64,000 nt of DNA from Octopus vulgaris (Eukaryota). The notes beneath the pieces are model-generated. The model did no database searches. It was not told where the DNA came from and saw only the letters and a list, made by a program, of their open reading frames with translations. Each line of letters starts with the position of its first letter. Position 1 is the stretch's first letter. Below are positions 12,105-24,450 of the stretch, piece after piece. The translations under genes were made by a program, and so were the position numbers. Location of the stretch: positions 55,552,001 through 55,616,000 of the forward strand of contig OX597829.1 of NCBI GenBank assembly GCA_951406725.2. The letters run 5' to 3'.

Positions 12105-13708
12105 GTAATTATTGATTTTTAGGAATTTTTTTTTTTTTTACTTGTTTTAATTTATTGTAGCTGGCATATTATCGATAATAGGTGGTTGTCCTTACTTGTG
12201 GAACAACTAATGCAACAAGTTTTCATCAAATCAGTGATGGAGATAGAAGTGGTGGGGCTGAGATGCACAGAGGGATAACTTACCATTATTTTGCGGCTCA
12301 GAGTCGGGTGGCTTATAACATTTTCTTCCACTTTCCCAGTACTGCATTTTCCCTTGCTTCAGTAGCAATTGAGCAGCAATGGCAGCAGCAACAGTGACTG
12401 CAGTAGGGGTTTAACATTCTAATGGACTGGCATTGTATTTGGCGGTTATTGTTTAGTCTCATGGACAGTAGTGCACCCCCCAGTTCCTATATATGTATTC
12501 TGTTTTTTTTGGGGTGGTGGGTAGTGGTGGCTAGTGTCTCATGTGCTCTGTCTCTAAACCAAAACTGTGTATCATCACCAACGTTTATAAAACACAAATT
12601 TCTTCATTTTGAGGGTTGATACGTTAAAGTATTACTTATTGAGGTTATCTCTACTGATTTTCCATAGAATATCTGTAGAGGTAACCGTAACAAGTGATTT
12701 AATAGCACTGCTAACATAGAAGAACACAACTCTGAATTATAAAATATACTTTGTAGTATATTATAGTTGCATAACAAAATTCCGTAACCCTACAAGTCAT
12801 TAATACTAATTAATTGTGATTGGTTTAATTGTTTAATCACTCTCACCAAAATCTGTGTCTATGTACCTGTCATCATCATCATCATTTAACGTTCGTGTTC
12901 CATGCTAGCATGGGTGGGATGGTACCACAAAAGCTGGCCAGGCCAAAGCCTGTCTTAGAAATTATTGTTTTTTTAAGTCACGGAAAAAATTTTTAAAATG
13001 GAATTTGTGACTCTAGAATTAATGTTTGTGCCACTATAGGAAAAAAAAAAAAAATGATTTATGAGAGTGAAACAAGTTCTGGCTGAATTCACTGGAAAAT
13101 TTGAAGATGTTATGAGAATGCTTGGACTGTGACTCCTGATTGATTTTCAACCAAAGAATCCTTGCTTTGTATGGATTTGTGACCATTTGATATGTTATGG
13201 TGTTTGCTTTTGGTTTAGAGATTGGGTACATGTGAGACTGGTACAGAATGGAGTATGGACATATACTTGAGGTATTAGCAGTTCTGTTGTATTCAGTACA
13301 AGTGGTACCAACATGGCATTTGAAAACCTTAGCTAGATCTATAACCAAGAGTTTTCGGTTAGCCAATCTGTGACAAAATTAGATAAATGAATGAATAAGT
13401 GATAATAATAAATGAGTGTGAAAGAGAGGGAGAAAGAGATAGAATTGGATCAAGTGAGGGGATCTTAAGTTTGATAATAAAATAGGTAGAATAATGAAAT
13501 GAACTAATTAAGGTAATTATGATGATCTGTGCTGAAAGAGAAGGATTTGAGATGTACGAGGTTGAAAGAAGAAGATTGCTTATCTGAACATCTTCTGGTT
13601 TTTTACTCTTTTGGCAAGGTGATTAAAATGAGGTAGGGGAATCTGAGTGAGCTAGTTTATATGGGTGGGGGAGAAGGAGGTAAGTGTTGGGGAAGCAAGT
13701 GGTTATTG

Positions 13709-13745
<37 letters not shown>

Positions 13746-15149
13746 GAGAGAGAGACCAGAATTAGGCTGGTCAAAACGGAACATGAGGGAGAAAAAAATT
13801 TGAATGGATATAAAATTTTGGCATCTCATAAATGCATTTCATATAATAATAAATTTTCACATGAAAAAAATCAACATAATTTTCATGTAATTCTTAGATA
13901 TTTTTACTTTGAACTTTGGTATTTTTCTGTTGAATGTTCTCTGTATGTATTATGGATGTTCAGTGTAATTATTATGAAACTATGTAAATATAAATACATT
14001 TCGACTGTAACTATGATATTGTAATTTAAAAATGAATCTGTCAATACCATTGCTATTACGTTCAATGACGTATGGGATTTACAATTTTGTGTTTACTTAA
14101 AGGCAAAACCATTTTACTAAGAGATTCCGCTTGGTTTAGTACAAGAAGTGCATAAAGTGAATGACTCACACCACAGATGACTGTAAAGAGTGATGTCAGT
14201 ACCACATTTGATGGGTCAGATATATAGCTAGTTATAGTTTTAGCAAGTTATCCAGCCAATGTATGATAGACACTTCTTTATTGAAAATATATTGGAAGAT
14301 TATGCGATTGATACACTGATTCATTAGTATGTTGTCAAGGCTCTTGTAATATTTTATCTATGCAGTGAAGTCACAAGAGATATATATATTTGAAAGGTAG
14401 GTAAGTTCTAGTAGTATTGGTAGTATTGGTGGTGTTTGTTGATATAATGGTGATTTGGAAATAATGTTTATAGAGAACGTTTCTTAGTGACTGCACTATT
14501 AGTTGATGTAACACAAAAATCCGTCCTCTTGATTATTACTTTTGAGGTGATGATGTGTGGCCTTGTGGTTAGGGTGTTAGGTATTTGGTAATGGGTTTCA
14601 TTTAGGAGCAAATGATACAGGGTGTCCTTCTCCAAGACATTGTGCATTCCATTGTTCCAGTCAATTCAGCTGTAATTGTACAGCAGTGGCAGTGGCAGTA
14701 GCAGCAGCAACAGCAATAGTAGGGGATTAGCACTCTAATGGACTAGCATCCTATTTAGTGGGTGTTTTTCAAATACAGAAATAGCAACCACCAACGTTTT
14801 ATTTCTGCTGTAGGAAGGCTATTGTGATTTGCCCCATTCACCTCAATTCAGTGATGACGGGGATAAAGATGGCAGTGGTGGTGATGATGACAGTAACAAC
14901 TGGTGGAGAATTTCTTGTCTTTGTTGTTGGGTCCCTAATATGACCAAAGGCACTCTAACCATGGCCACGGCAATGGTTGGAGTTGGACAAGATTTGTGGA
15001 CAGATATTGTTTCCATATCTAATTCACGTGGTTGCAGAAATCAAAATGTCTATTCTTTTTTTTTAACTTCCATGTTTGTTACCTGAAAATGCAGCAATTT
15101 GTTTTCTTCGATAAAGATAACTATGTGAATATTTATGTTCTATTTCTAG

Positions 15150-15281
15150 TCTACAGCTGCAATGAAGTAAACAACTGTGGTAAAAATGCCGCTTGCGTCT
15201 ATTCTCCCGAAGACGGAAGATATAAGTGTGAATGTGAATCTGGATTCAGTGGTAATGGAATTGAGTGCAGTACTACAGAAC
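15150..15281 (+). CDS. nid: Nidogen exon: rod EGF 4
   Basis: ctag|...|gtaag; VYSCNEVNNCGKNAACVYSPEDGRYKCECESGFSGNGIECSTTE. Confidence 0.93.
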
Positions 15282-15437
15282 GTAAGAACACAGAAATCTT
15301 TCATTCTTGCTTATCTTGTTTTGAAATTCTCTTAGAATATTGCTACAATATTTATTTTTCTTAAATATCATCTTTAATTTACATGTGGATGATTTTTATT
15401 ATAGGAGTTAGATTGCTTAGAGATTATCTTTATTTAA

Positions 15438-15646
15438 CCTTTTTAGATATCAAGCAACATAAAACTGTTCCTGTTTCTCTGACACAAACTACTTGTTTTG
15501 AAGTTATCTTAATTGAAACCTTCAATCAAAATTCATATCAATTTATGTTTCAAACACCAGTTTAATAACGACAAAGTTATTTTCTAAATTAAAAATTAAT
15601 TGGATCGAAGGTAGTGGACTTCAACAGAAATATGATAACTAAAGGG
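15438..15646. mobile_element. piggyBac-type MITE (degenerate)
   Basis: TTAA|CCTTTTTAG...CTAAAGGG|TTAA, followed by a partial tandem copy. Confidence 0.55.
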
Positions 15647-16238
15647 TTAAAGTGATCAAGATTTCCATCAAAATTTTATGTTAATTTATGTTAATTTATG
15701 TTAATTTATGTTTCAACCTTCAGTTTATTAATGACAAAGTTATTTTATTAAATTCTTCATTATTTAAAAAATTAATCTAAACAAAGGCAGTGTAATACAA
15801 CAGAAATACACTGCTAAACACCAATTAAAAAGGAAATTTCATTTAATTAATATATTTTTTGCATACTGTTCTTAGTACATCCCAACCAAAGTTATTTATT
15901 CAAATTCATACCATCTGCCTATTTCCCTTCCTTTCATTTTTGATTATGCAAATTATAACAGCCAAAATTATTTATAAAGATTTTTTTCTCTAAGTGAAAT
16001 TTTCTGCCAACTGATCTTTTCTCTCTTACCTTTTCCCCACAAATACCCTGATTCCATGTCTCTCTCACCTCTCTCCTTCTTTCATGCAAATCTCCCACTC
16101 ACATTCACCTATATAATGTGGAACAGACACAAAGTTTTATTTGCATGGTTTAAACTTTTTGTTCTTTTCTTTTAATTTAATTTGAACAATTAGTTTTAAT
16201 TAATTCATGCAAATAATAATTTTTATTTTAAATTTCAG

Positions 16239-16361
16239 TTGAGGAAAATTGTGAAAATTGTGATCAAAATGCTCATTGTTTCTTTGACACTGAAAGACTT
16301 TACCATCATTGCCGTTGTAATGCTGGCTTTACTGGAGATGGAAGAACCTGTACTTACATTG
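16239..16361 (+). CDS. nid: Nidogen exon: rod EGF 5
   Basis: tttcag|...|gtatg; LEENCENCDQNAHCFFDTERLYHHCRCNAGFTGDGRTCTYI. Confidence 0.94.
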
Positions 16362-16552
16362 GTATGTATCATTGACTCAAAAAAATCTTCCTTCCGTTCC
16401 AAATTTTGACAATAATGTATTATTATTTATAATCTTGTACAATCTTAGGTTATTTGTTTATTGTGTTTGGTTAAATAAATGGATATAATAATTCTATGAA
16501 ATTTCTCCAATTACATTGTGGTTACTTATAAAAATTTTCTTTATAACAACAG

Positions 16553-16756
16553 ATACATGCCGGCAATGCTCCCCTTATGCAGATTGTGTGTTTGAGCAAA
16601 CTCTCCAACAACATGTCTGCCACTGTAAACCACGTTATGAAGGAAATGGTCAACAATGCTCTCCAAGGCGCTGCCCTAGGTGTGGGCAACATGCTAGATG
16701 CCAATATGATCCAGAACGCAGCACCTATAGATGTGTTTGTGAGCCAGGATACACAG
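16553..16756 (+). CDS. nid: Nidogen exon: rod EGF 6 and most of EGF 7
   Basis: acag|...|gtatt; DTCRQCSPYADC...GNGQQCSPRRCPRCGQHARCQYDPERSTYRCVCEPGYT. Confidence 0.94.
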
Positions 16757-17100
16757 GTATTTTATTAAATTAGTGAAAATAATTGTTTATAAAGAGTATG
16801 ATTGTCGAAGTACCTTCTCTGATGTTTAAATTAAGCTGTCATTTATTGGTATGTTCTGTAGAAGTTCACATTTCTGCTATGATATGTTGATATACATGAT
16901 TTAGGTATATATTTAATTATATATATAGATCCACACATGCATATACATACATACTTACAGAGAGAGAGAGGGGGGGCAGTGATTTGGTATTGATAACCCC
17001 GATGTTTACTACATTTATTGGCAATTGGAAAATTGAGTAATCTGAAGTTTTGTTCATGCTCCTCTCTGATTATTTGAAAATCCATAGATAATGTATACTA

Positions 17101-17430
17101 ACAGATATAGAAGAATAAAGTTAACGTATCATTTTAAAACATCATTTACAATTGTTTCATCATTATCCAATCTAATCAATATTGTATCATTTTGTAACCA
17201 GATCAGCAACCATTAAATTCCATGTGCTACAAAAGAAATCCTGTGTTGCTCATGGAAATTAATCAATAGTAGCTGACATGGTTACAAAATGACCCATGAT
17301 TGATTAAATTGTGATGAAAATGCACATTTTTTCTTTGGCACTGAAAGACTTTACCATCATTGTTGTTGTAGTAATGAAATGATTGTAAAAGATGCATTAA
17401 AATGATTTGTTAAACCCATTCTTCTGTATC

Positions 17431-17435
<5 letters not shown>
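17101..17435. repeat. Degenerate fold-back palindrome containing a 65-bp copy of a nidogen exon segment
   Basis: 17101-17236 is roughly the reverse complement of 17239-17310 plus 17371-17435; 17306-17370 matches 16255-16319 at 59/65. Confidence 0.75.
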
Positions 17436-17465
<30 letters not shown>

Positions 17466-17723
17466 TTGAAGAAAGATTTTTCTAAACGTTATTTAGCTAT
17501 TGGAAAAAGATCTTAGTAAAATAGAATGACATGAACCTTTCGGAATGAGGGGCATTATTTTTTTTAGAAATTAATTTTATTGCAAAAGATAAGCCAACAC
17601 ATTTGAGTCACATTTCAAACCACACTCTTGCATGTTGCTTGTAAACCACGGTTGAGTAACAACTTGTGGGAATTTATTTTATGTGAAGTTTGAGCTTACT
17701 TTGAAAAAGGGATTTTTCTACTT

Positions 17724-17761
<38 letters not shown>

Positions 17762-17964
17762 CAGGGTGGTATGAGGGTTTTGACTTTTTATGGCTTTGTT
17801 AAAGGAAAGCATAAACCAGGAAATATTGTTTAAAATAGTTTTTATTCAATCAAAAGTAGAAAATATAATTAAAATATCTATAAAGCACTGAAAATAATAT
17901 GTACAAATACAAAAATTTTCTAGTTTAATTTAATTTATTCATATTTTTGGTAACTCTGTTACAG

Positions 17965-18120
17965 GAGATGGAAGATACTGCCAGCCATCAACTTCATGCC
18001 ATCTTGTCAATAACTGTGACCAAAATGCTGACTGTGTGCCAGACAGACGCCAGTCAGGACGCTATATATGTGAATGTAAAACAGGATTTAAAGGAAATGG
18101 ATTGAAGTGTGTAGAAAGAG
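17965..18120 (+). CDS. nid: Nidogen exon: end of EGF 7 and EGF 8
   Basis: acag|...|gtata; GDGRYCQPSTSCHLVNNCDQNADCVPDRRQSGRYICECKTGFKGNGLKCVER. Confidence 0.94.
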
Positions 18121-18240
18121 GTATATAATTAATGACATTCAACGATTTTGAGATTTTGGGTATTTTGTGTCTTGGAATTTTCTGCAATGTATTCTGTTCC
18201 ATTTATTTTTATACATTTTTGTTTTATTTTTTTTTCCCAG

Positions 18241-18375
18241 AAATAAGCTGCAATCTACAAAACAACTGTCACGAACATGCAGTATGTGTTTATCACGATT
18301 TAGTACGGCACTACCAATGCATATGCAAGTCTGGTTATGAAGGAGATGGAATCAATTGCAGAAGGAAGTCACATG
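18241..18375 (+). CDS. nid: Nidogen exon: rod EGF 9
   Basis: cccag|...|gtata; EISCNLQNNCHEHAVCVYHDLVRHYQCICKSGYEGDGINCRRKSH. Confidence 0.93.
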
Positions 18376-19019
18376 GTATAGAATTTAAACATAAACATTT
18401 CATTATAACAGAAATTATAGAAAGAGTTTGTAGCCTATGTCCTCTGATTACTGTGTCATATTAATTTGCTTTCAAAGTATTGATTGATATTAAATAGTAG
18501 GAATTTTGATCAAATTTAGCTCCAATATTTCCATGCCTTGCCCATGTTCTGCTCCTAGCTTCTATACAGTAAGTAGTCATAACTCATGACAAAGTACTCA
18601 AATGATTAAAATCTTCCAGTTGCAAAACATTTGGATTTCTTCTATGAGCCTTAAACTGATTCCCATGAGCTTTCACAGCCACATAGACCAATACTCTGGC
18701 CTTGATTCTTTAAAATTGTTTTAATTTTTGCATGCCTTTGTTTTTCATATCAAATACTTCGACATTGCTATATATAATCCTCTACAGGTTTTGAACCGTA
18801 ATTTTTAAACTCACAGAAATTTAAACAATGTTCTGTGTTTTCCTTGTTTGAGGACCAAACTCACAATTTCTCACTTTAGAAGAAGATTTATGCCTTTTCT
18901 GTTAACTAGATTTCAGTTGTAAATAGAATGACCTGACAAATTCCTAATTGTTTATATCCAAGTTGGAGATAATATTCCTAATAATTTAAACTTGGAATAG
19001 TGTTACTACTTTAAAGCCA

Positions 19020-19483
19020 AATCAACAAGAGATGTGATTAATGTCGGTGGCACGTAAAAGCACCATCCGTTCGCGTCCGTTGCCAGCCTCGGCTGGCCCC
19101 CGTGCCGGTGACACGTAAAAGCACCGTCCGCTCGTGGCCGTTTGCCAGCTCTGTCTGGCAACCGTGTCGGTGGCACGTAAAAGCACCATCCGTTCGCGTC
19201 TGTTACCAGCCTCGGCTGGCCCCCGTGCCGGTGACACGTAAAAGCACCATCCGTTCGTGGCCGTTCGCCAGCTCTGTCTGGCACCTGTGCAGGTGGCACG
19301 TAAAAAACACCCACTACACTCGCGGAGTGGTTGGCGTTAGGAAGGGCATCCAGCCGTAGAAACACTGCCAAATCTGACTGGGCCTGACGAAGCCTTCCAG
19401 CTTCACAGACCCCAGTTGATCCGTCCAACCCATGCTAGCATGGAAAACGGACGCTAAACGATGATGATGATGATGATGATGAT
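19020..19483 (+). mobile_element. Non-autonomous retroelement with (ATG)n tail and internal ~60-bp tandem units
   Basis: Repeated GGTG(G/A)CACGTAAAAGCACC units; tail CCATGCTAGCATGGAAAACGGACGCTAAACG(ATG)n shared with 29641, 49456 and others. Confidence 0.7.
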
Positions 19484-19854
19484 CCTTCCCTTTGTTGGAT
19501 ACACAGATTTCATGGAGCAGAGATAGACACAACTGTCTTCAAATTACTCCTCTAAACACGATACTCCAATAAATACAAACTCTCAATGATCTCAATGACT
19601 TCCTACAACTTCCACGAACTCTCAACGACTCCTACGACCTCTCTTTGACTCAACCAGTATGCTACTGTTTATGAGAGTTTGGCTAGTCCATTCTTCCAAT
19701 CCCACAGAACTGACAATGACTCTTGCCTCAACAATATCATTGCTTTGTTTTCACACCATTCAATATGTTTGCCTATTTTAAGGTGGTGAGCTGGCAAAAT
19801 TGTAACCACACCAGGCAAGATGCTTGGCACTATTCTATATTTTGGGATGGAGAA

Positions 19855-20206
19855 TTATGTACATTATTTACAATCGACAGATAGGTTTCCTGATTTTGTT
19901 TGTTGCTATCACAACGTTTCGGTTGATGTACTCTCCAGCCTTCATCAGGTGTTCTGGTGGAATTTTGAACCCAAACCTTTATTTGACAAATGGGGTACAC
20001 TGTTCTCATTGCTAAAGTATGTTGCTGATGTTATTTTTCTGTTGATATTATTTTTCAAGTTCCTGCCTGTGATTGAACGTAGAATCCGAAGGTTAGTAGC
20101 CTGCGCTCTTATCCACTACGCTATATGTCCACAGGAGAGTACATCAGCTGAAACGTTCTGATAACAACAAACAAGATGAGGACACCTATTCATCCATTGT
20201 AAATAA
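19855..20206 (-). mobile_element. tRNA-headed element with a hammerhead-like tail and an inverted partial tail copy, nested in a family A SINE
   Basis: Minus strand A-box TAGCGTAGTGG (20123-20113), B-box GTTCAATC (20078-20071), CTGATGA (19948-19942), GAAACGTT; 20134-20206 is an inverted copy of 19864-19936. Confidence 0.65.
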
Positions 20207-20511
20207 AATGCTTAACAACGTTTCATCCATCTTTATATTTTGAATTCAAATTCCACCAAGGTCAACTTCTCCTTTCATTCTTTTAGGGTTAATAAAATAA
20301 GTACCAGTGATGTACTGGGGTTGATGTAATTAACTTACATCCCTCCCACAAAATTGCTGGCCTTGTGCCACAACGTGAAACCAATATGTTGGCTTATTCT
20401 TCTTCTGGGGTCTCAAATCCTTTTTTTAAATATAATAAGATTTTTTTTTTCTTCTTTGGTTTCTATTGATTCAAAAAAATACGTCTATATAACGATGTCT
20501 TTTACTTTCAG

Positions 20512-20631
20512 AAACTGACTGTGCCATCGACCGTGGTGTGTGTCATGCATATGCAGAGTGCCAAGCCATTAGAGGAAGAAATGTATGCGTTTGCCGTCCA
20601 GGATATCGAGGAGATGGAATTCACTGTTCAG
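20512..20631 (+). CDS. nid: Nidogen exon: rod EGF 10 (contains RGD)
   Basis: ttcag|...|gtata; ETDCAIDRGVCHAYAECQAIRGRNVCVCRPGYRGDGIHCS. Confidence 0.94.
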
Positions 20632-20829
20632 GTATAAATCTTACGTTCATAAATGCATTACATGTTCTTATGGTGATGAAGAATCTAAAGTCATTCATTC
20701 AATGATTGTTTATATTTCAGAATTTCTCATAAACTTACTTCTGAATCCATTCAATGAAGTACTTTTGTTCTGTTAGATAGCACCCGCTTCTCACGCACAC
20801 ATCTCATACATGTGTATGCATGTGTGCAT

Positions 20830-20864
<35 letters not shown>

Positions 20865-22559
20865 CACACTCACAAGTGCATCAAATCAAAACTTGGATAT
20901 TATCAAATAAACTAGAGCCGTGCCTCTCAACCTTTTCAATGTCTGAACCAGATTTAAAACCTGGATAACCCAATCCACAGTTCACATGATTCCATGAAGA
21001 TTGTTAGGGAAGTGTTTGCTGCCTTAGTTTCCCAAAATGAAATAGATACCATAGTATTTTTAATAGGCACACTATGAAGGTATCATATGCAAACTCCACT
21101 AACTTGCACTGCATTGATAACAGGAAAATGAACTAAGTGGTGAATAACCCACTCATTGGGCCCCTTAGCCTATGATAAGGGAACTACTTCCAGCTCTACA
21201 ATTAGGAAGGAAAGCAAATATGTAGAACAAGGTGTCAAGAAAAGCAATACCAACCAGAATGAAAAGTACATATTGTAGCCACATCATGATATAACAAGAA
21301 TAGTGTCATGACCAATAATGGTAACGGTGATGCCAACAGAGCCACAAATGCAAGTAAATCTTAAAAGTATAGTCACTCCTCAATTGAGTGACTATACTTT
21401 TAAATTGAGTTGGCAAACTGAGGAGTGACTATACTTTTAAATTGAATTGTTATTGGGATTAAATTGTAATTTAATTGTAATACGAATTGGAGTTATAGTC
21501 ACAAAACGTACATAGTCATTTTACTTATCATATAATGTATATTCATTTTTTTGTACTTTTGTGATGTAAATATATGTTTTATAATATATCTTATATTTTC
21601 TATATGATATGGTGTATGTCTATCATTGTTTGAATTACATAATAGTGGTTTTTCTCTAATTTATATATATTATATATGACAGTTTAGCTAGGTGTAAATG
21701 CACCTAAGGGATATTAAATATCCAAAGAATTTACTGGTTTATATTACTTATTTCAATAACAATGTTATTTCAATTGGTAAATAAAATAAAGTTTATTAAT
21801 ATATAAATATAAATTAGAAATGGAAAAACAAAACAAAACAATAAATTGAATTGAATTTATAATTGTTTAATTTATTGCTTTACTTTGTTTTGCTATTTCT
21901 GTGTGTAATGGGCTTCTTTCATGCTCTCCCTACAAAATCCACTGACAATGCTTTGCTTGGCCTGAGGCTATAGTAAAAGACATTTGCCCAAAATGCCACA
22001 CAGTGGGACTGAACCCGGAACCATGTGGTTGAGAAGCAAGCTTATGTCTGTGCTGTCCATGAACAAAGTGTATTCACAAATACATTGGCATGAATGTAGA
22101 AACAAAATTTTTTATCACAGTGATATTAGGCCATAGAATCTTAGAGAAGGCATAAAGTTGATGGATCAAACCCAAATTATATCCCATACTTATTTTATGA
22201 AACCTATTTGACTGAAATACAAACTTGACCCAAGTGAATGTGAACATAGAATGTAGAACAATGAAACAATGAAGTGCTTGTCACTCATTATGGTATGACA
22301 CAGTTTCTGCTATCTTTAGATGACTGATTATTTTTTATTTTTATAAGCTTTAAAAATTAATTATTGTCTAAATAAAATGTCATCCTGCAATCATCTTTCC
22401 AATAATATCCTCCATTCAATATCATCAACCATTGAACAATTAAATTTTAACAAACTTTTATTTAGAATTTTATTTCAATGACATATTTAAGTATGTTGCA
22501 TTCAAGATTGGAAATTCTTGGAAATTCTGTGCTCTCATTTCAATATTTTAATTTTTCAG

Positions 22560-22667
22560 CTATTTCTGAAAGTCAAAACTATTTGGTATTTATAAGAGGA
22601 AAAAGTATATTGAAGATGCCTTACTCTCACTCAAGAGACAGAGGAAAGAGGATTTCAAGTATACCAG
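22560..22667 (+). CDS. nid: Nidogen exon: start of G3 propeller
   Basis: ttcag|...|gtaag; AISESQNYLVFIRGKSILKMPYSHSRDRGKRISSIP, phase-compatible with its neighbours. Confidence 0.9.
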
Positions 22668-22808
22668 GTAAGATCTTTTAACTTTCTGCTGCTGGAATAA
22701 TGAATACAATGTCATAATTTAAACCTGAATACAACCTTATCAAATTTTTCTATAGTGAATTTATTTTACTTTTGGAAACTTGCGATATTGTCTAATTTCC
22801 AGGAAGAG

Positions 22809-22841
22809 TAATTATAATTATAATTATTATTATTATTTTTA

Positions 22842-22912
<71 letters not shown>

Positions 22913-22932
22913 GCTATTATTATTATTATTGC

Positions 22933-22969
<37 letters not shown>

Positions 22970-22993
22970 GATATTATTATTATTATTATTATT
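22809..22993. repeat. (ATT)n microsatellite
   Basis: About 60 imperfect TAT units. Confidence 0.95.
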
Positions 22994-23085
22994 CTGATTA
23001 ATAGTAGAGGAGTTATGTATTACTATCTTATGCAGGAAACAATGTTATATTCCATATTAACAATATCTATTTGTCCATTTACCAG

Positions 23086-23208
23086 ATCAAACCCCCATTG
23101 CATTGGCCTATGACTGTGTTGAGAAGCAAATATATTACAGTGATATTGAAAGCTATACAATCAGAAAAATGGATACAACTGGAAACTATTCAGGAATTGT
23201 TGTTGAAA
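23086..23208 (+). CDS. nid: Nidogen exon: G3 YWTD-like repeat
   Basis: accag|...|gtaag; DQTPIALAYDCVEKQIYYSDIESYTIRKMDTTGNYSGIVVE resembles nidogen LAFDCVDKMVYWTDI. Confidence 0.94.
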
Positions 23209-23339
23209 GTAAGAAGCAACTATTTTGATATCTTTATTTAGCATTTAAAATTTTAAATACTATTGGATTTTACTCACAAGGTATTGGAATCTTATATGTA
23301 TACCATTCTGCCTAAATAATGGATCTACAAATGCAATAT

Positions 23340-23737
23340 CCCTGCATATCTCACTTATATTTCATATCTTATCTATTCTCACTCTCTATTTCATATCTTA
23401 TCTAAATTAACTATTGCTTAATCATTTTCTCACACCATCTCCGATGAAGGGACATAATAAATATCCTGGAAACAGCTATAAGACCATCTATTTATAATTG
23501 TTCTAAAATCTTCACAGCCTTGGTTTTTTTATCTCATTCTGAAAAAAAAGAATTTTTATATATACACATGCTGATATATCACCTACGTTGGACTCCTTAT
23601 TCACATAATCACCGAACCTGGAGCTTAACTATGGTCTTTCCAAAGCACTTACTCAGCATTACCCCTGACACCTTTGGGTCTTACTGACACCATTACCTCT
23701 CATAACATATATATATATATTTATATGTATACATATG

Positions 23738-23775
<38 letters not shown>

Positions 23776-24450
23776 GGTCCCGGGTTGAATCGGGGTTAAC
23801 CACAGTAAATAAGGTACTCAATACATGGCAGAGTAAATTAATTTATTTTATAGAAGGAGCTCCTACAGGACTAGAACTGTTTCATTCAAATGAAATCATC
23901 AGGAAGCCTGGCTTCCTTCTATAAAATAAATATATATATGTATATATATATATATATATATATAAAGAAGAAAACAGAAAGTGGAGATAATATTGATGAA
24001 CAACAATTGATTAAAATCAATTATTATTTATTAATTAATTACAAAACGACTACATCTCATTTGATTGACAGCTGTTTCTGCTCCCAATGCTGTTTGGTGT
24101 CACCATTGTTATGCTGAGTGTAAAATAAATAAATACATAAATATATTTATTCATGTATTTATTTTACACTCTGATGAAGCCCCAAGTTTCAAATTGGTTT
24201 TATTACCAACTATGATAAACATCTTTTAGCATAATGATGGTGATACCAAACAACATTGGAAGCAGAAACAGCTGTTAGATGGGATGCAGTCTTTTTTGTA
24301 ATTAATTGATAAATAATAATTGATGTAAATCAATTGTTGTTCACCAATATTATCTCCAATTTCTGTTTTGTTCTTTAAATTTTGATTCCTGATAAACTCC
24401 CGTTTATCCTTGTCTTCACCTATAATTTATGCGCATAACATTTTTGCCCA
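23340..24450. mobile_element. Cluster of three Penelope/retrozyme-like non-coding relics separated by (TA)n
   Basis: Hammerhead-like cores at 23441 (+), 23902-23896 (-) and 24171 (+); inverted repeat 23963-24115 / 24229-24378. Confidence 0.55.
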
